Source of the DNA: Thermodesulfobacteriota bacterium
GTDB lineage: Bacteria; Desulfobacterota_D; UBA1144; Nemesobacterales; UBA2774
Assembly: GCA_041753155.1 (NCBI GenBank)
Contig: JBGSVA010000028.1
Location: 11,960 to 75,959 of the forward strand
Reading direction: 5' to 3'
Length of the DNA: 64,000 bases
Positions within the stretch are counted from its first letter, which is position 1, and each line of letters opens with the position of its first letter. The position numbers and the translations under genes were made by a program. Below are positions 18,823-28,929 of the stretch, piece by piece. Under the pieces are notes generated by a model. The model saw only the letters and a list, made by a program, of their open reading frames with translations. It was not told the origin of the DNA and did not search any database.

Positions 18823-19404
18823 ATGAGCAGGGTTATTGATAGATATCGTCTTGCTTCAGAAATTGAGGACTCGATTTATTCAGACGAATGGCCGGAACCG
18901 TCCCGATGCAAGCTATGGTATGCAGTCTACGCTATTGTAAGGCACGAAAAAGCTGTCAACACTGCGCTTATTAATAATAACATTGAGACATTCTTGCCGT
19001 TGAGAGAGGTTGTCAGTCAATGGAAAGACCGGAGAAAGAAAGTCCGTATTCCGCTATTTCCGGGATACATGTTTGTGAGGATATTCGATAAAGATTCGCG
19101 CAGCATATTCTGTGTTTTGAACACGAAAGGGGTTGTCAGAATTCTGGGTTCAAATGGAAGCTTTCAGCCTGTGCCTGCTCAGCAGATCGATTCGGTAAAA
19201 CGCCTCCTGGAAACGAATGTTGAGTACGACCCTTATCGATATTTGGTCAAAGGGAAAGAAGTTACGTTGGTAAATGGACCACTTAATGGTGTAACTGGAA
19301 GGATTGTGGATAGAAAGGGTCAGAAAAAGTTGATTGTATCGATCGATATTATTAAGCGTTCAATCTCGGTAACGGTTGATCCGGCCGATGTCGAGCTTGT
19401 ATAG
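18823..19404 (+). CDS. NusG-family transcription antiterminator paralog (UpxY/RfaH/TaA-like; NGN plus KOW)
   Basis: RBS GGAGG. NGN domain: WYAVYAIVRHEKAV...LFPGYMFVR. KOW domain: KGKEVTLVNGPLNGVTGRIVDRKGQKKLIVSIDII. Confidence 0.8.
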   Translation: MSRVIDRYRLASEIEDSIYSDEWPEPSRCKLWYAVYAIVRHEKAVNTALINNNIETFLPLREVVSQWKDRRKKVRIPLFPGYMFVRIFDKDSRSIFCVLNTKGVVRILGSNGSFQPVPAQQIDSVKRLLETNVEYDPYRYLVKGKEVTLVNGPLNGVTGRIVDRKGQKKLIVSIDIIKRSISVTVDPADVELV

Positions 19405-19562
19405 AAAGTTGTACCGATGGGAGGAGCAATTGATTTTAGAATCGGACTTGATGTAAGTGAGGTGGCGAAGCTGTACCGAGGACGGAAGTCAGGGGTGCTG
19501 GATCATAAACAACGATGATTATATGTCATATGTACTTACGCATAATCATGCAGGAGATTGTA

Positions 19563-20570
19563 ATGTGTAACAAAATATCATTCTTTATATTTTTCTTTGC
19601 TGCTATGATAGCAGGTTGCGGCGGAGGAGGAGGGACGGTGAACACCTCTCGGGTGTCCCGGCAGGACTTTCAGTCTTCTCAAGAAGTCGGTAATATTAAT
19701 TCCCGTCTTCTTTCACAGCCTATTCCTGCAAATACCTCAGCGCCGGACGGATATCTGATAGGACCTGCCGATTTACTCGAGATAAAGGTTTTCGAGTCTG
19801 AGGAACTGACCAGTACAGTGCGTGTAAGTTCAAAGGGAGAAATCACCCTGCCACTCCTCAATAGTATCTATGTCGACGGGCTCACTGCACGCGATGCAGA
19901 AGTCAAAATCGAAAACCTCCTAAGGGAGGACGAGTATATAGATAACCCTCATGTGGGTGTATTCGTTAAGGAATACAGGAGCAAAGTTGTGTCTGTGATG
20001 GGTTATGTAAATCAGCCTGGGGTCTACGAGTTACTCGATAGGAGAACTTTACTTGATGCTTTAGCATCGGCGAAGGGGTTAAACGACAAAGCGGGAAACT
20101 TGGTTTATGTGACGAGAACCGAAGGCGACGGGAGTAAAGATACTTATCTGGTTGATCTTGATGAACTTATTACCAGCAAAACTCCCGAGAATAATATAGA
20201 ACTCAAACCCGGAGATCTGGTTTTTGTACCGGAAGCAGCGAATGTATTTGTTGAAGGAGCCGTTGACAGACCAGGCGCATATCCTATTACTGAAGGTAAA
20301 ACTACTCTCAGTGAAGTAGTCACAATGGCCGGCGGGGTTTCGAGTGTTGCGGATAAGGGTGATATAAAGCTGATCCGGAATCTCGGCAACGGAGGCAAAG
20401 AGGTGATGGATCTTGATATGAATAGGATACGTAAGGGTGAGGACGAAGACCCTATTCTTAATGGAGAGGATGCAATCGTGGTAGGGGCCAGCTCAATTAA
20501 AAGTTTTATCTACGGCTTTAAAATCAATCTATTTGGTTTCGGTGGGGTTGGCTTCGAACCTCCCAGGTAA
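19563..20570 (+). CDS. Polysaccharide export lipoprotein, Wza/Poly_export family
   Basis: RBS AGGAG. Lipoprotein signal MCNKISFFIFFFAAMIAGC. PES motif GPADLLEIKVFESEELTSTVRVSSKGEITLPLL, followed by SLBB-like repeats. Confidence 0.8.
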   Translation: MCNKISFFIFFFAAMIAGCGGGGGTVNTSRVSRQDFQSSQEVGNINSRLLSQPIPANTSAPDGYLIGPADLLEIKVFESEELTSTVRVSSKGEITLPLLNSIYVDGLTARDAEVKIENLLREDEYIDNPHVGVFVKEYRSKVVSVMGYVNQPGVYELLDRRTLLDALASAKGLNDKAGNLVYVTRTEGDGSKDTYLVDLDELITSKTPENNIELKPGDLVFVPEAANVFVEGAVDRPGAYPITEGKTTLSEVVTMAGGVSSVADKGDIKLIRNLGNGGKEVMDLDMNRIRKGEDEDPILNGEDAIVVGASSIKSFIYGFKINLFGFGGVGFEPPR

Positions 20571-20613
20571 TTTATGGATTTGAGGAGTGAATGAAATGAG
20601 GAGTAATTGAAAT

Positions 20614-22908
20614 ATGGATAAGAAAATGAATCGTACAGGAAAGCAAATAACTAAAGTAGAGGTCCTGGATTTAGATGACCGGAAAAAAGATATACAGTCT
20701 ACTGTAAATCATCCGGACTATGATTTATACATTGATGAGGGATCAAGCCTGAATGAATATATAAGCGTTATCAAAAGGAGAAAAAAGGTCGTATTGGCAT
20801 GTTTATTTATATCAATACTCATTGTCGGTGTTGCATCCATTACGATGCAGAAAATATATAAAGCTACAACAACTATCGAAATTGCACCCGACGATCCCAA
20901 AGTGACGGGTTTTCAGGAGGTAATGGAAGTTAAAATCCAGGAACAGGATGAGTTCTACGAAACTCAATATAAGTTATTAAAAAGCAGGTCTCTGGCTAGA
21001 GACGTAACGAACAAATTAAATCTGAAAGCACATCCGGAATTCGATCCTAATAAAAAGCCCGGAGTACTAACCATCATAAAAGATGCAATCGCAGGTTTGA
21101 TAATGAAAATTACGGCTTCGGGGAAAGACGAATATCCGATTCAAGGTCTTAAGGAGCTATCCGAAGAAGAGAGATTAACTGATGCATTTTTACGCCGGGT
21201 GAGTGTTGCACCCGACAGGGATTCCAGACTGGTCGAAGTGAGTTTTGAGAGCATCGATCCCAAACTATCGGCAAAAGCTGTAAATACCCTGGCGAATCAG
21301 TATATTGAATGGGTATTGGAAAAAAAACACGGTGTGACGAAGGCTGCGGTTCAATCCCTCAACACACAGCTTAAGAGACTAAAGGAGAAGCTCAAAGAAA
21401 CCCAGGATGAACTTAGCGAATTCGCAAAGAAGTGGGATATAGTATCTTTGGATAAGGATCTCAATCTTACCTATAAGCAGCTCGCGGATTTAAACGAGGC
21501 ACTTGCAAAAGCGGAAACCGAAAGGCTGTCCCAGGAGGCGATCTTTGAAGAAACAAAAGCAGGGAACTATGAATTATTACCGCAAGTTATGAGTGATCCT
21601 TCTATTCGTCAGCTCAAAACTGAGTATGTGAAGCTTCAATCGCAGTACGACAATCTCGATGCAAGATATGGTGTGAATTATCCTGATATGAAAGAGATAA
21701 GTGCTCAAGTTACAAGGGTTCGATATGAATTAGAAAGCCAGTTAAACGAAATTTCACGGAGCATTAAAAAAGGTTACGAGGCAGCAAAGAAAAAAGAGGA
21801 TATACTCAGACAAAGAACAGATGTACAGAAAACACGTGCTATGGAGCTAAATGAAGTGGCAGTACAATACCAGATTCTGCAGAGAGAGGTTGACACGAAT
21901 AAAACAATTTACCAGGACCTGCTCCAGAGACTAAAAGAAACTGAAGTAACGTCGGGAATAAGGGCAACTAACGTACAAGTCATTGACTATGCTTCCCCTC
22001 CGCTCAAACCATACAAGCCAAATATCTTATTTAATGTTTTGATCGCGGGTATCATGGGATTAATGACAGGGGTTATGCTTGCTTTCGGATTTGAACACTT
22101 TGATAGAACAATTCGCGATGAGGAAGACATTAAAAGAAGATTCCCGATTCCGTTTATGGGTAAGATACCGGCTGCCAGCAGAAGTGAAGTCGGTATTCTT
22201 AGTAAGATTGTTTACACAAACCCGCTGTCCAATATATCCGAAGCTTTCCGGGTGCTTAAAACATCAGTTCTATATACAACCCGAAATGACAGTGCTCCCA
22301 AAGCACTTCTTGTAACAAGCACTCAGCCATTGGAAGGGAAGACTACGGTATCCTGTAACTTGGCGCTTACCATGGTTCAGTCGGGATTAAAAGTAATACT
22401 TGTCGATGCGGATTTAAGAAGACCTAGCCTTCATAAGATTTTTATGGCAAACGTTAAGAACGGGAGTGGAATGAGTACATACCTGAGCGGTAAGACAAAT
22501 ATTGAAAGTATTATTTATCATACCGAAATTGATGGCCTTGATGTAATACCCGTCGGTCCTATAATGCAGAATCCCGCCGATTTAATCGATTCCAAACCAA
22601 TGAAACAATTAATCGAACGATTGGTCAAAGACTACGATAACGTTATTCTGGATGGTATCCCGGTCATGGAATTGGCTGACACACGTCTGCTTTCCAGACA
22701 GGTTGACGGTGTTCTTCTTGTCGCCAGCATGGGGATCGCACACAGAGATGCGTTCAAGAATAGCATAGAAGAACTCATGAAAGTCGGGGCAAGAATAATC
22801 GGAGTTGTCATAAACAGAGTCGACATAGGAAGCATGTTTGGAGGTTCCTATAACTATAATTATAGGCCGGAAGATAAAGAAAAGAAGAAAACAACGGTGC
22901 AAGTGTAA
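20614..22908 (+). CDS. Wzc-like polysaccharide co-polymerase / BY-kinase (PCP-2a)
   Basis: RBS GAGGAG. N-terminal Wzz-type TM and coiled-coil region, then a C-terminal CpsD/CapB P-loop (LVTSTQPLEGKTTVSCNLA, VILVDADLRRP), then a Tyr-rich tail GGSYNYNYRPED. Confidence 0.85.
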   Translation: MDKKMNRTGKQITKVEVLDLDDRKKDIQSTVNHPDYDLYIDEGSSLNEYISVIKRRKKVVLACLFISILIVGVASITMQKIYKATTTIEIAPDDPKVTGFQEVMEVKIQEQDEFYETQYKLLKSRSLARDVTNKLNLKAHPEFDPNKKPGVLTIIKDAIAGLIMKITASGKDEYPIQGLKELSEEERLTDAFLRRVSVAPDRDSRLVEVSFESIDPKLSAKAVNTLANQYIEWVLEKKHGVTKAAVQSLNTQLKRLKEKLKETQDELSEFAKKWDIVSLDKDLNLTYKQLADLNEALAKAETERLSQEAIFEETKAGNYELLPQVMSDPSIRQLKTEYVKLQSQYDNLDARYGVNYPDMKEISAQVTRVRYELESQLNEISRSIKKGYEAAKKKEDILRQRTDVQKTRAMELNEVAVQYQILQREVDTNKTIYQDLLQRLKETEVTSGIRATNVQVIDYASPPLKPYKPNILFNVLIAGIMGLMTGVMLAFGFEHFDRTIRDEEDIKRRFPIPFMGKIPAASRSEVGILSKIVYTNPLSNISEAFRVLKTSVLYTTRNDSAPKALLVTSTQPLEGKTTVSCNLALTMVQSGLKVILVDADLRRPSLHKIFMANVKNGSGMSTYLSGKTNIESIIYHTEIDGLDVIPVGPIMQNPADLIDSKPMKQLIERLVKDYDNVILDGIPVMELADTRLLSRQVDGVLLVASMGIAHRDAFKNSIEELMKVGARIIGVVINRVDIGSMFGGSYNYNYRPEDKEKKKTTVQV

Positions 22909-23140
22909 ATCGAAGATCATAGGATTTTCAAATGTTACAAATATTATCACCGTTTACTGATCTTTGTTTAATTCATAGATAGCTAACCTAGTGAGATCGG
23001 AATGCAGATACGGCAGGGTTTGAAACACTTCTGCAATCATTAACTATTTCCGCTTTTGCAATACCATTTGCTTATTATCCCTTAAATACAAGAAAAAATA
23101 TGATTACAAATCCGGTTATGTTCCGGGATTCCGATTAATC

Positions 23141-24628
23141 ATGAACCTGCTTAATTTAAGAACACAAGAGCAATATACAAAAGTCGGCTTTAACAATCGT
23201 ACTTTGGAAAAGATGCGATGGGTGGAGATCACTCACATGTTGCTTGATATTGTTTTTATTCTTTTAAGCACCTCTGTGGTTTTTGTTATACGGTTTGTGC
23301 CAGGTTTGTATAGCGACGGCCTGCTTGATAACGGCATCCTCTCACTTACCAGATATGAATATTTTACCAATTACATAGGTTTTCTGATTATCTATCTTGT
23401 ACTCGTAATCCTCCTGTTCAATAACTATGACCTCTATTCCACAACTGCCATAAGGTTATGGTTGGACGAGGTATTATTGGTATTTAAATGTATTTCTATG
23501 GGTGCACTGGTGCTCATGGTGGTTTTGTATTTGTCTAAGCAGCAGATTTCGCGTTTCGTCGTAGTTTCAGGTTGGGCCTTAAATATCTTCGCTGTAATAG
23601 GTTGGAGGTATATAAAACACAAAATTGTTGAAAGGAAAATCAAAAATGGCGACGGATTAAGGAGCGTTCTTATCGTAGGCGCCGGAAGGGTTGGAAATAA
23701 GCTCGCCGAAATCCTAGAAAATAATGATCATTTGGGATTAAAGGTAGTAGGCTTTGTGGATGATTACAAAGAAGGCGAAAGTATTTTGGGCAGGGTAAAA
23801 GACATGCCCAGGATTTTACAGAGGCAATTTATTGATGAGGTCTTTGTCACGATACCTTCTGAGAGGGAATTGGTTAAAAGAGTTACAAATCAGGCTTTGA
23901 TTCACAAAGCCGATGTAAAGGTCATACCGGACCTTCTTGACGGCATTGTTTCTCTCAACCGTCCTTTATCTCTGGGATTTTTCGGTGAACTGCCAGTAAT
24001 GGAAATATACCGAAAACCTATTCCCGAGCTCGGTCTATTCCTCAAAGGGTCGATCGATATTTTAATCGGGTTTGCAATGTTAGCGATTACATGTCCGATC
24101 CTTATTGCGGTTGCCATCTTAATTAAAATAGACTCCCGCGACGGGCCTGTTATATACAGTTCGCGACGGGTGGGTAAGAAGGGGAAACTTTTCAATTGCT
24201 ATAAGTTCCGTACGATGTTGGTAAATGCTGATGAGATGAAGCAGGAGCTCAGAGATCTCAACGAGAGAAGCGGGCCGTTTTTCAAAATCAAAGACGATCC
24301 CCGAATAACGAAAGTAGGAAAATTCTTAAGAAAGTACAGCTTGGACGAGCTTCCTCAGATCTTTAATCTCTTGGCGGGAAATATGAGTGTTGTAGGGCCG
24401 AGGCCCCATCCGTTGGATGATTTTAAACTCTACGATATTAAAGATTATAGGAGACTCGATGTAAAACCTGGCATAACGAGTCTATGGGCGGTGGAAGCAA
24501 GGAACGATCCTTCTTTTGAGCGCAATATGGAGCTTGACCTATATTATATTGAGAACTGGGATATCTGGCTTGATCTGAAAATAATATTGAAAACTATTCC
24601 GACCGTGCTTAAAGGCTCAGGTACCTAA
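23141..24628 (+). CDS. Undecaprenyl-phosphate sugar phosphotransferase (WbaP/CpsE-type initiating enzyme)
   Basis: N-terminal TMs plus the bacterial sugar-transferase motif: PVIYSSRRVGKKGKLFNCYKFRTM, SLDELPQIFNLLAGNMSVVGPRPH. Confidence 0.9.
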   Translation: MNLLNLRTQEQYTKVGFNNRTLEKMRWVEITHMLLDIVFILLSTSVVFVIRFVPGLYSDGLLDNGILSLTRYEYFTNYIGFLIIYLVLVILLFNNYDLYSTTAIRLWLDEVLLVFKCISMGALVLMVVLYLSKQQISRFVVVSGWALNIFAVIGWRYIKHKIVERKIKNGDGLRSVLIVGAGRVGNKLAEILENNDHLGLKVVGFVDDYKEGESILGRVKDMPRILQRQFIDEVFVTIPSERELVKRVTNQALIHKADVKVIPDLLDGIVSLNRPLSLGFFGELPVMEIYRKPIPELGLFLKGSIDILIGFAMLAITCPILIAVAILIKIDSRDGPVIYSSRRVGKKGKLFNCYKFRTMLVNADEMKQELRDLNERSGPFFKIKDDPRITKVGKFLRKYSLDELPQIFNLLAGNMSVVGPRPHPLDDFKLYDIKDYRRLDVKPGITSLWAVEARNDPSFERNMELDLYYIENWDIWLDLKIILKTIPTVLKGSGT

Positions 24629-24698
24629 ACAGGCTGTGATTCTATACCTTTAACAGTTTATTTACATTGGCGAATCAACCAAGGGGCTGTCAATTCAA

Positions 24699-26024
24699 TT
24701 GCAGAATCTGATCAAGAAAATCCGTTTTGGCGCAAACAGCAGCGTTGGCAAAAATATCATTTCACTCTATCTATTGCTGGTATCCTACTACGTTCTGCCG
24801 CTCATCACTGTTCCTTATCTTGTGCGCATGTTGGGACCGGAGAAGTTCGGACTTGTGGCTTTCGGCCAGAGCCTGATAACATTTTTCGTGTTATTTGTTA
24901 ACTATGGTTTTGACCTCACAGCAACAAGGCAAATATCGATTAATCGTGAGAGTGATGAACAAGTAAGCCGTATTTCGTGCAGTGTGTGGTTTGCCAAAGC
25001 CCTTTTAGCGTCATTTGGATTCATCGTCCTGATAATATTGATCTTATTTGTTCGGAAAATGAATCAGAATTCCATGCTCTTGTTACTTCTGTTCGGAACT
25101 GCCGTTGGGAATATGCTGTTTCCGAATTGGCTCTTTTTAGGACTCGAGAGGATGAAAGCTATTTCTGTGATTAATATAACAATGCGAGTATTCACAACTT
25201 TGTCGGTATTCATTCTTATTCGAGACCCTGAGGATTACCTGCTCTATGCGGGGCTACTTTCATTTCAATGGATATTTGCAGGCATAAGCGGCGTTTGGTT
25301 CGCAATTGCAAGACTGAAGATTAGAATTACTATTCCGGAAGCACGCAATATTTTTCAGGTGATGTCGGATGGTTGGAGTTTGTTTGTATCGAATATAGCT
25401 CAGAGTATCTACTATTCGGGAAATAGCTTCATTCTGGGTTTTTTAACATCAAATTATTCGGCGGTAGGTTACTACAGCGCAGCTGAAAAAATTGTGCTTT
25501 CACTCGTTGGGTTGTACAGACCGGTAGCTCAGGCAGCTTATCCCTGGTTCTGCAAGATGGCTTCATCATCTAAAAATTCGGTTCTCCTCTGGGGGAAGAG
25601 ATTGATCTATGTTCTGGGGGGGTTGGGTCTTGTGGCATCTTTAACCATTTTTTTTGGTGCCCATATCATAGTCAAGGTAATTCTGGGGCCGGGATACGGT
25701 CCTTCTGTAGCTGTTCTCCAGATTCTGTCGGCGTTACCATTTGTAATTGCGCTCTCCGACGTGCTTAGCAATCAGATAATGCTATCGTTTAGCAAGGACA
25801 GACTTTATGCTCTGATCCGTGTATTTACCGCTCTGTTACACGTTGTGCTTGCTTTATTGCTCGTTCCCAGATTACAAGAAAACGGTATAGCGTTAGTGTT
25901 TATTTTAAGTCAGTCATTCATTCTGGTTTCCACTTTTCTTTTCTTGTGGTATTGGGAACTGACTCCTCTCCATTATAAAATCGACAAGAAGATCCCCCAC
26001 AGTTCCTTTAATTCTGGAAACTGA
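24699..26024 (+). CDS. Wzx-type oligosaccharide flippase (MOP superfamily)
   Basis: Twelve-TM profile: NIISLYLLLVSYYVLPLITVPYLVRMLGPEKFGLVAFGQSL. The in-frame start is TTG at 24699, with no ATG until TM1. Confidence 0.75.
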   Translation: MQNLIKKIRFGANSSVGKNIISLYLLLVSYYVLPLITVPYLVRMLGPEKFGLVAFGQSLITFFVLFVNYGFDLTATRQISINRESDEQVSRISCSVWFAKALLASFGFIVLIILILFVRKMNQNSMLLLLLFGTAVGNMLFPNWLFLGLERMKAISVINITMRVFTTLSVFILIRDPEDYLLYAGLLSFQWIFAGISGVWFAIARLKIRITIPEARNIFQVMSDGWSLFVSNIAQSIYYSGNSFILGFLTSNYSAVGYYSAAEKIVLSLVGLYRPVAQAAYPWFCKMASSSKNSVLLWGKRLIYVLGGLGLVASLTIFFGAHIIVKVILGPGYGPSVAVLQILSALPFVIALSDVLSNQIMLSFSKDRLYALIRVFTALLHVVLALLLVPRLQENGIALVFILSQSFILVSTFLFLWYWELTPLHYKIDKKIPHSSFNSGN

Positions 26025-26136
26025 CCTTTAAACAGCTATGTAGTGATACAGGTATAAGAGCGCATGTTATAAAAAGCTTACTGTCATAAAACGCTGAGAA
26101 TGAATTAAATCGAGCGTGATAGAGGAGGGTATTGAA

Positions 26137-26328
26137 ATGAAGACAATCAGAACAAATGATAAATGTGAGACATGCGGCGGATTCCTGACATTTGAAGTCA
26201 GGGATGAATACACTGATGACAGGAACACTGTAACGAGTACAGGTGTATGGAAATGCACTCTGTGTGAAAGAGCGACAGTGGGACTCGTGGTGAGAAGCCT
26301 CGTTATCAAAGTGGCAGTCGGAAGTTAG
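26137..26328 (+). CDS. Small zinc-ribbon protein (63 aa; CxxC...CxxC)
   Basis: Strong RBS GAGGAGGG 9 nt upstream. MKTIRTNDKCETCGG...VWKCTLCERATV. It lies between wzx and a GT4 gene. Confidence 0.45.
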   Translation: MKTIRTNDKCETCGGFLTFEVRDEYTDDRNTVTSTGVWKCTLCERATVGLVVRSLVIKVAVGS

Positions 26329-26385
26329 TCAATCATTCTGTTACACCCGTTGGTTCCTTTAAAATATGCCCTTAGGATAAACATC

Positions 26386-27648
26386 ATGCATATCATTTTA
26401 GTAGAGCCGTTCGCACATAGAGTAGGCCATTATGGTGATTTAAGCTGCCGTTTAGCCTGTGGTCTTTCAAAAAATTCAGTCCCAGTAACTGCTGTGACTT
26501 TCCAGGGTTTCCTAGTCGGATGTGTGTCCGAATTGGATAAAACAAAATTTAAACACATGGATTTTATTTCGAATTCTCCCTCGATTCTAGTTTTAACAGT
26601 TAAAGCGATTATTAGTTTTTTACAGTTCATCAGCAATACTGTACAGCTCATCAGTAATACACAGATTATAGTCCGAATAATACACATTTTGGAAACGTTC
26701 CTTACGTTAAAGTTTGCAGAAAGGTTAAATAAAGACGAAAATTCCACTCTCATGTTCTGTTACGACGGAGAACTTATAGGATTTTTAACCTACGCTTTAT
26801 ACTGCAGCCATAAGAAATTAGTCTATAAAATCATGGACTATTCGAGAACTTTTCCTGAAAAGAGACTCAAACTGAAAATCAAAAGATATATTGAGAATCG
26901 ACTATGCAGGAAAGCATTGGAAAGAAACAAATTGGTATTTATATGTAATACGTTACAGTTGCTCCAGGGATATATGAAAACAGGATTTCCCGGAGAGTGT
27001 GTTTATACGACTCCACTCGGGATTGTAGAACGGAGAGAGAAATTGGAAAAGTCCAAGGCCAGAAGCTTTCTGAAACTACCTATGGATGATGTTTTGCTCC
27101 TTGTTTTTGGTGTAGGTCACGGCGGCAAGAATTTTGATACAATTCTAAAAGCCAATCAAGGCGGAAACAGTGGGTGCCGAATAATATTTGCAGGCAAGAT
27201 TTTACCCTCCTGTACCAACCACCCCCGGCAACTGGCGAAGAAATATAACTGTGAAAAGAACGTGATAATCTTAGATGAGTTTATTCCTTCACATAAAGTC
27301 CCATACTATTTCTCTGCGGCTGATGGCTTGCTCCTTTCGTATAAAAAGGATTTCGTTGTGGACAGCGGTGTTTTGTTACAAGGAGTAGGATTTGACTTGC
27401 CTGTCATAGCAAGTAATTCCGGTTGGATCGGTCAAATTGTCAGGGAAAACGAGCTTGGTATTACGTTTACTCCGGAGAATAGTTCATCTTTAAGATCGGC
27501 AATGACCGAATTTATTGACTTGGGTGAAAGCAGCCGGTACAGGATGGTTAAAAATGTAACAAAATGTGCCGAAAGCTTATCCAGGAGTAATGTAGTTGAG
27601 GAATATATCAACTTATTCAAAAAAACAATCGGGGTCTCAACTTTATGA
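26386..27648 (+). CDS. Glycosyltransferase family 4
   Basis: GT-B C-terminal domain: LLLVFGVGHGGKNFD...FSAADGLLLSYK...LLQGVGFDLPVIASNSGWIGQIV. The probable start is MHIILVEPF; the track ORF begins 36 nt earlier. Confidence 0.65.
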   Translation: MHIILVEPFAHRVGHYGDLSCRLACGLSKNSVPVTAVTFQGFLVGCVSELDKTKFKHMDFISNSPSILVLTVKAIISFLQFISNTVQLISNTQIIVRIIHILETFLTLKFAERLNKDENSTLMFCYDGELIGFLTYALYCSHKKLVYKIMDYSRTFPEKRLKLKIKRYIENRLCRKALERNKLVFICNTLQLLQGYMKTGFPGECVYTTPLGIVERREKLEKSKARSFLKLPMDDVLLLVFGVGHGGKNFDTILKANQGGNSGCRIIFAGKILPSCTNHPRQLAKKYNCEKNVIILDEFIPSHKVPYYFSAADGLLLSYKKDFVVDSGVLLQGVGFDLPVIASNSGWIGQIVRENELGITFTPENSSSLRSAMTEFIDLGESSRYRMVKNVTKCAESLSRSNVVEEYINLFKKTIGVSTL

Positions 27649-28865
27649 AGAGACAAGAATCTTTAACCGGCACGAAAGTGGCATGGCTCATCCCCTCGAT
27701 GGCAAGGAATTTTTTTCACTGGCTGCCATTAATTGAGGAATTTTCTAATATTTTTCCGGACACTACTGTTTTTACGGGTCTTTGTCCCGAGGATATTTCC
27801 AGCGAAACAGTGTCGTTTAACCTCAAGATTGTTGGGAAAACAAGGTTCATCAAACTAGGAAAGAAAGAATCGCGTTACGAGAAGGTCATTATAGTTCCAC
27901 CGCTGGACATTCCGTTTCATCTGTTAAAATTCCTTCCGCAAGTTATTTTAACGTATGGGTTTTCAATATGGACGGTTATTGTGTTACTCCTTAAACCATT
28001 TACCGGGTGGCGGGTAATTGTTGTTTATGAAGGCAGCACTCCAACTGTAGATGACAGGGAATCAAAGTTACGTACATTCGGACGTAAGTTAATGACCACG
28101 GGATCTGATGCGTTCCTGACAAATACTCACTCCGGCAAGTCATACCTTGTTGAATTTCTGAAAGCGAATAAAGAACTTGTATTCGTACGTCCCTATTTGC
28201 TTCCGGACATTAAATATCTGACTCAAAAGGAAGTGGATGTGAAAAAACTGCTCGTGGATGCGCCGCGACCTGTTTTTCTTTACGTCGGATTAATAATTCA
28301 GCGCAAGGGTCTTAAATTCCTCATAGAAGCCTTCGCTGCATTAAAAAGAAAAGGATACGATGAATACACCCTCGTGATCGTGGGGGACGGCCCGCAGCGT
28401 GGAGAGCTTGAGGACATAGTCAAAAAACGAGAAATCGAAAAGCAGGTGAGATGGATGGGCTGGTTTGATTATAATAGCCTAGGATATTTCTATAATTCAT
28501 CGGATATATTCGTATTCCCGACTTATGAAGACACATGGGGCTTGGTTGTGCTTGAAGCAATGGCATTTGCAAAACCTGTCTTGTGTTCTAAGCTGGCAGG
28601 AGCTCAGGAAATGATCCAAGAAGGAGAGAACGGCTATACTTTTAATCCCGATTGTGATACGCCTGACGCTCTAGCCGAAATTATTAAAAGATTTATTGAT
28701 AACCCGGACATTATACGCCCTATGGGAGAGAAGTCAAAAATACTGGTCTCGTCTCACACTCCCAGAGCTGTTGCTGATTATCTGAAATGTATTATCGAGT
28801 TCGCTTTGGGGTTGAGGGACAGAAGCTCCGGGAAATTTGCCGAATACCCTCAAAAACAACATTAA
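27645..28865 (+). CDS. Glycosyltransferase family 4
   Basis: FLYVGLIIQRKGLKFLIEAF...VFPTYEDTWGLVVLEAMAFAKPVLCSKLAGAQEMIQEGENGYTF. The start overlaps the upstream stop (ATGA). Confidence 0.85.
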   Translation: MKRQESLTGTKVAWLIPSMARNFFHWLPLIEEFSNIFPDTTVFTGLCPEDISSETVSFNLKIVGKTRFIKLGKKESRYEKVIIVPPLDIPFHLLKFLPQVILTYGFSIWTVIVLLLKPFTGWRVIVVYEGSTPTVDDRESKLRTFGRKLMTTGSDAFLTNTHSGKSYLVEFLKANKELVFVRPYLLPDIKYLTQKEVDVKKLLVDAPRPVFLYVGLIIQRKGLKFLIEAFAALKRKGYDEYTLVIVGDGPQRGELEDIVKKREIEKQVRWMGWFDYNSLGYFYNSSDIFVFPTYEDTWGLVVLEAMAFAKPVLCSKLAGAQEMIQEGENGYTFNPDCDTPDALAEIIKRFIDNPDIIRPMGEKSKILVSSHTPRAVADYLKCIIEFALGLRDRSSGKFAEYPQKQH

Positions 28866-28929
28866 TTATATCCCTGCACTCAGTACCGGCAGTTTAGTCG
28901 TTCCCTGTGTCTTTGAGGCAGAAAATAAG

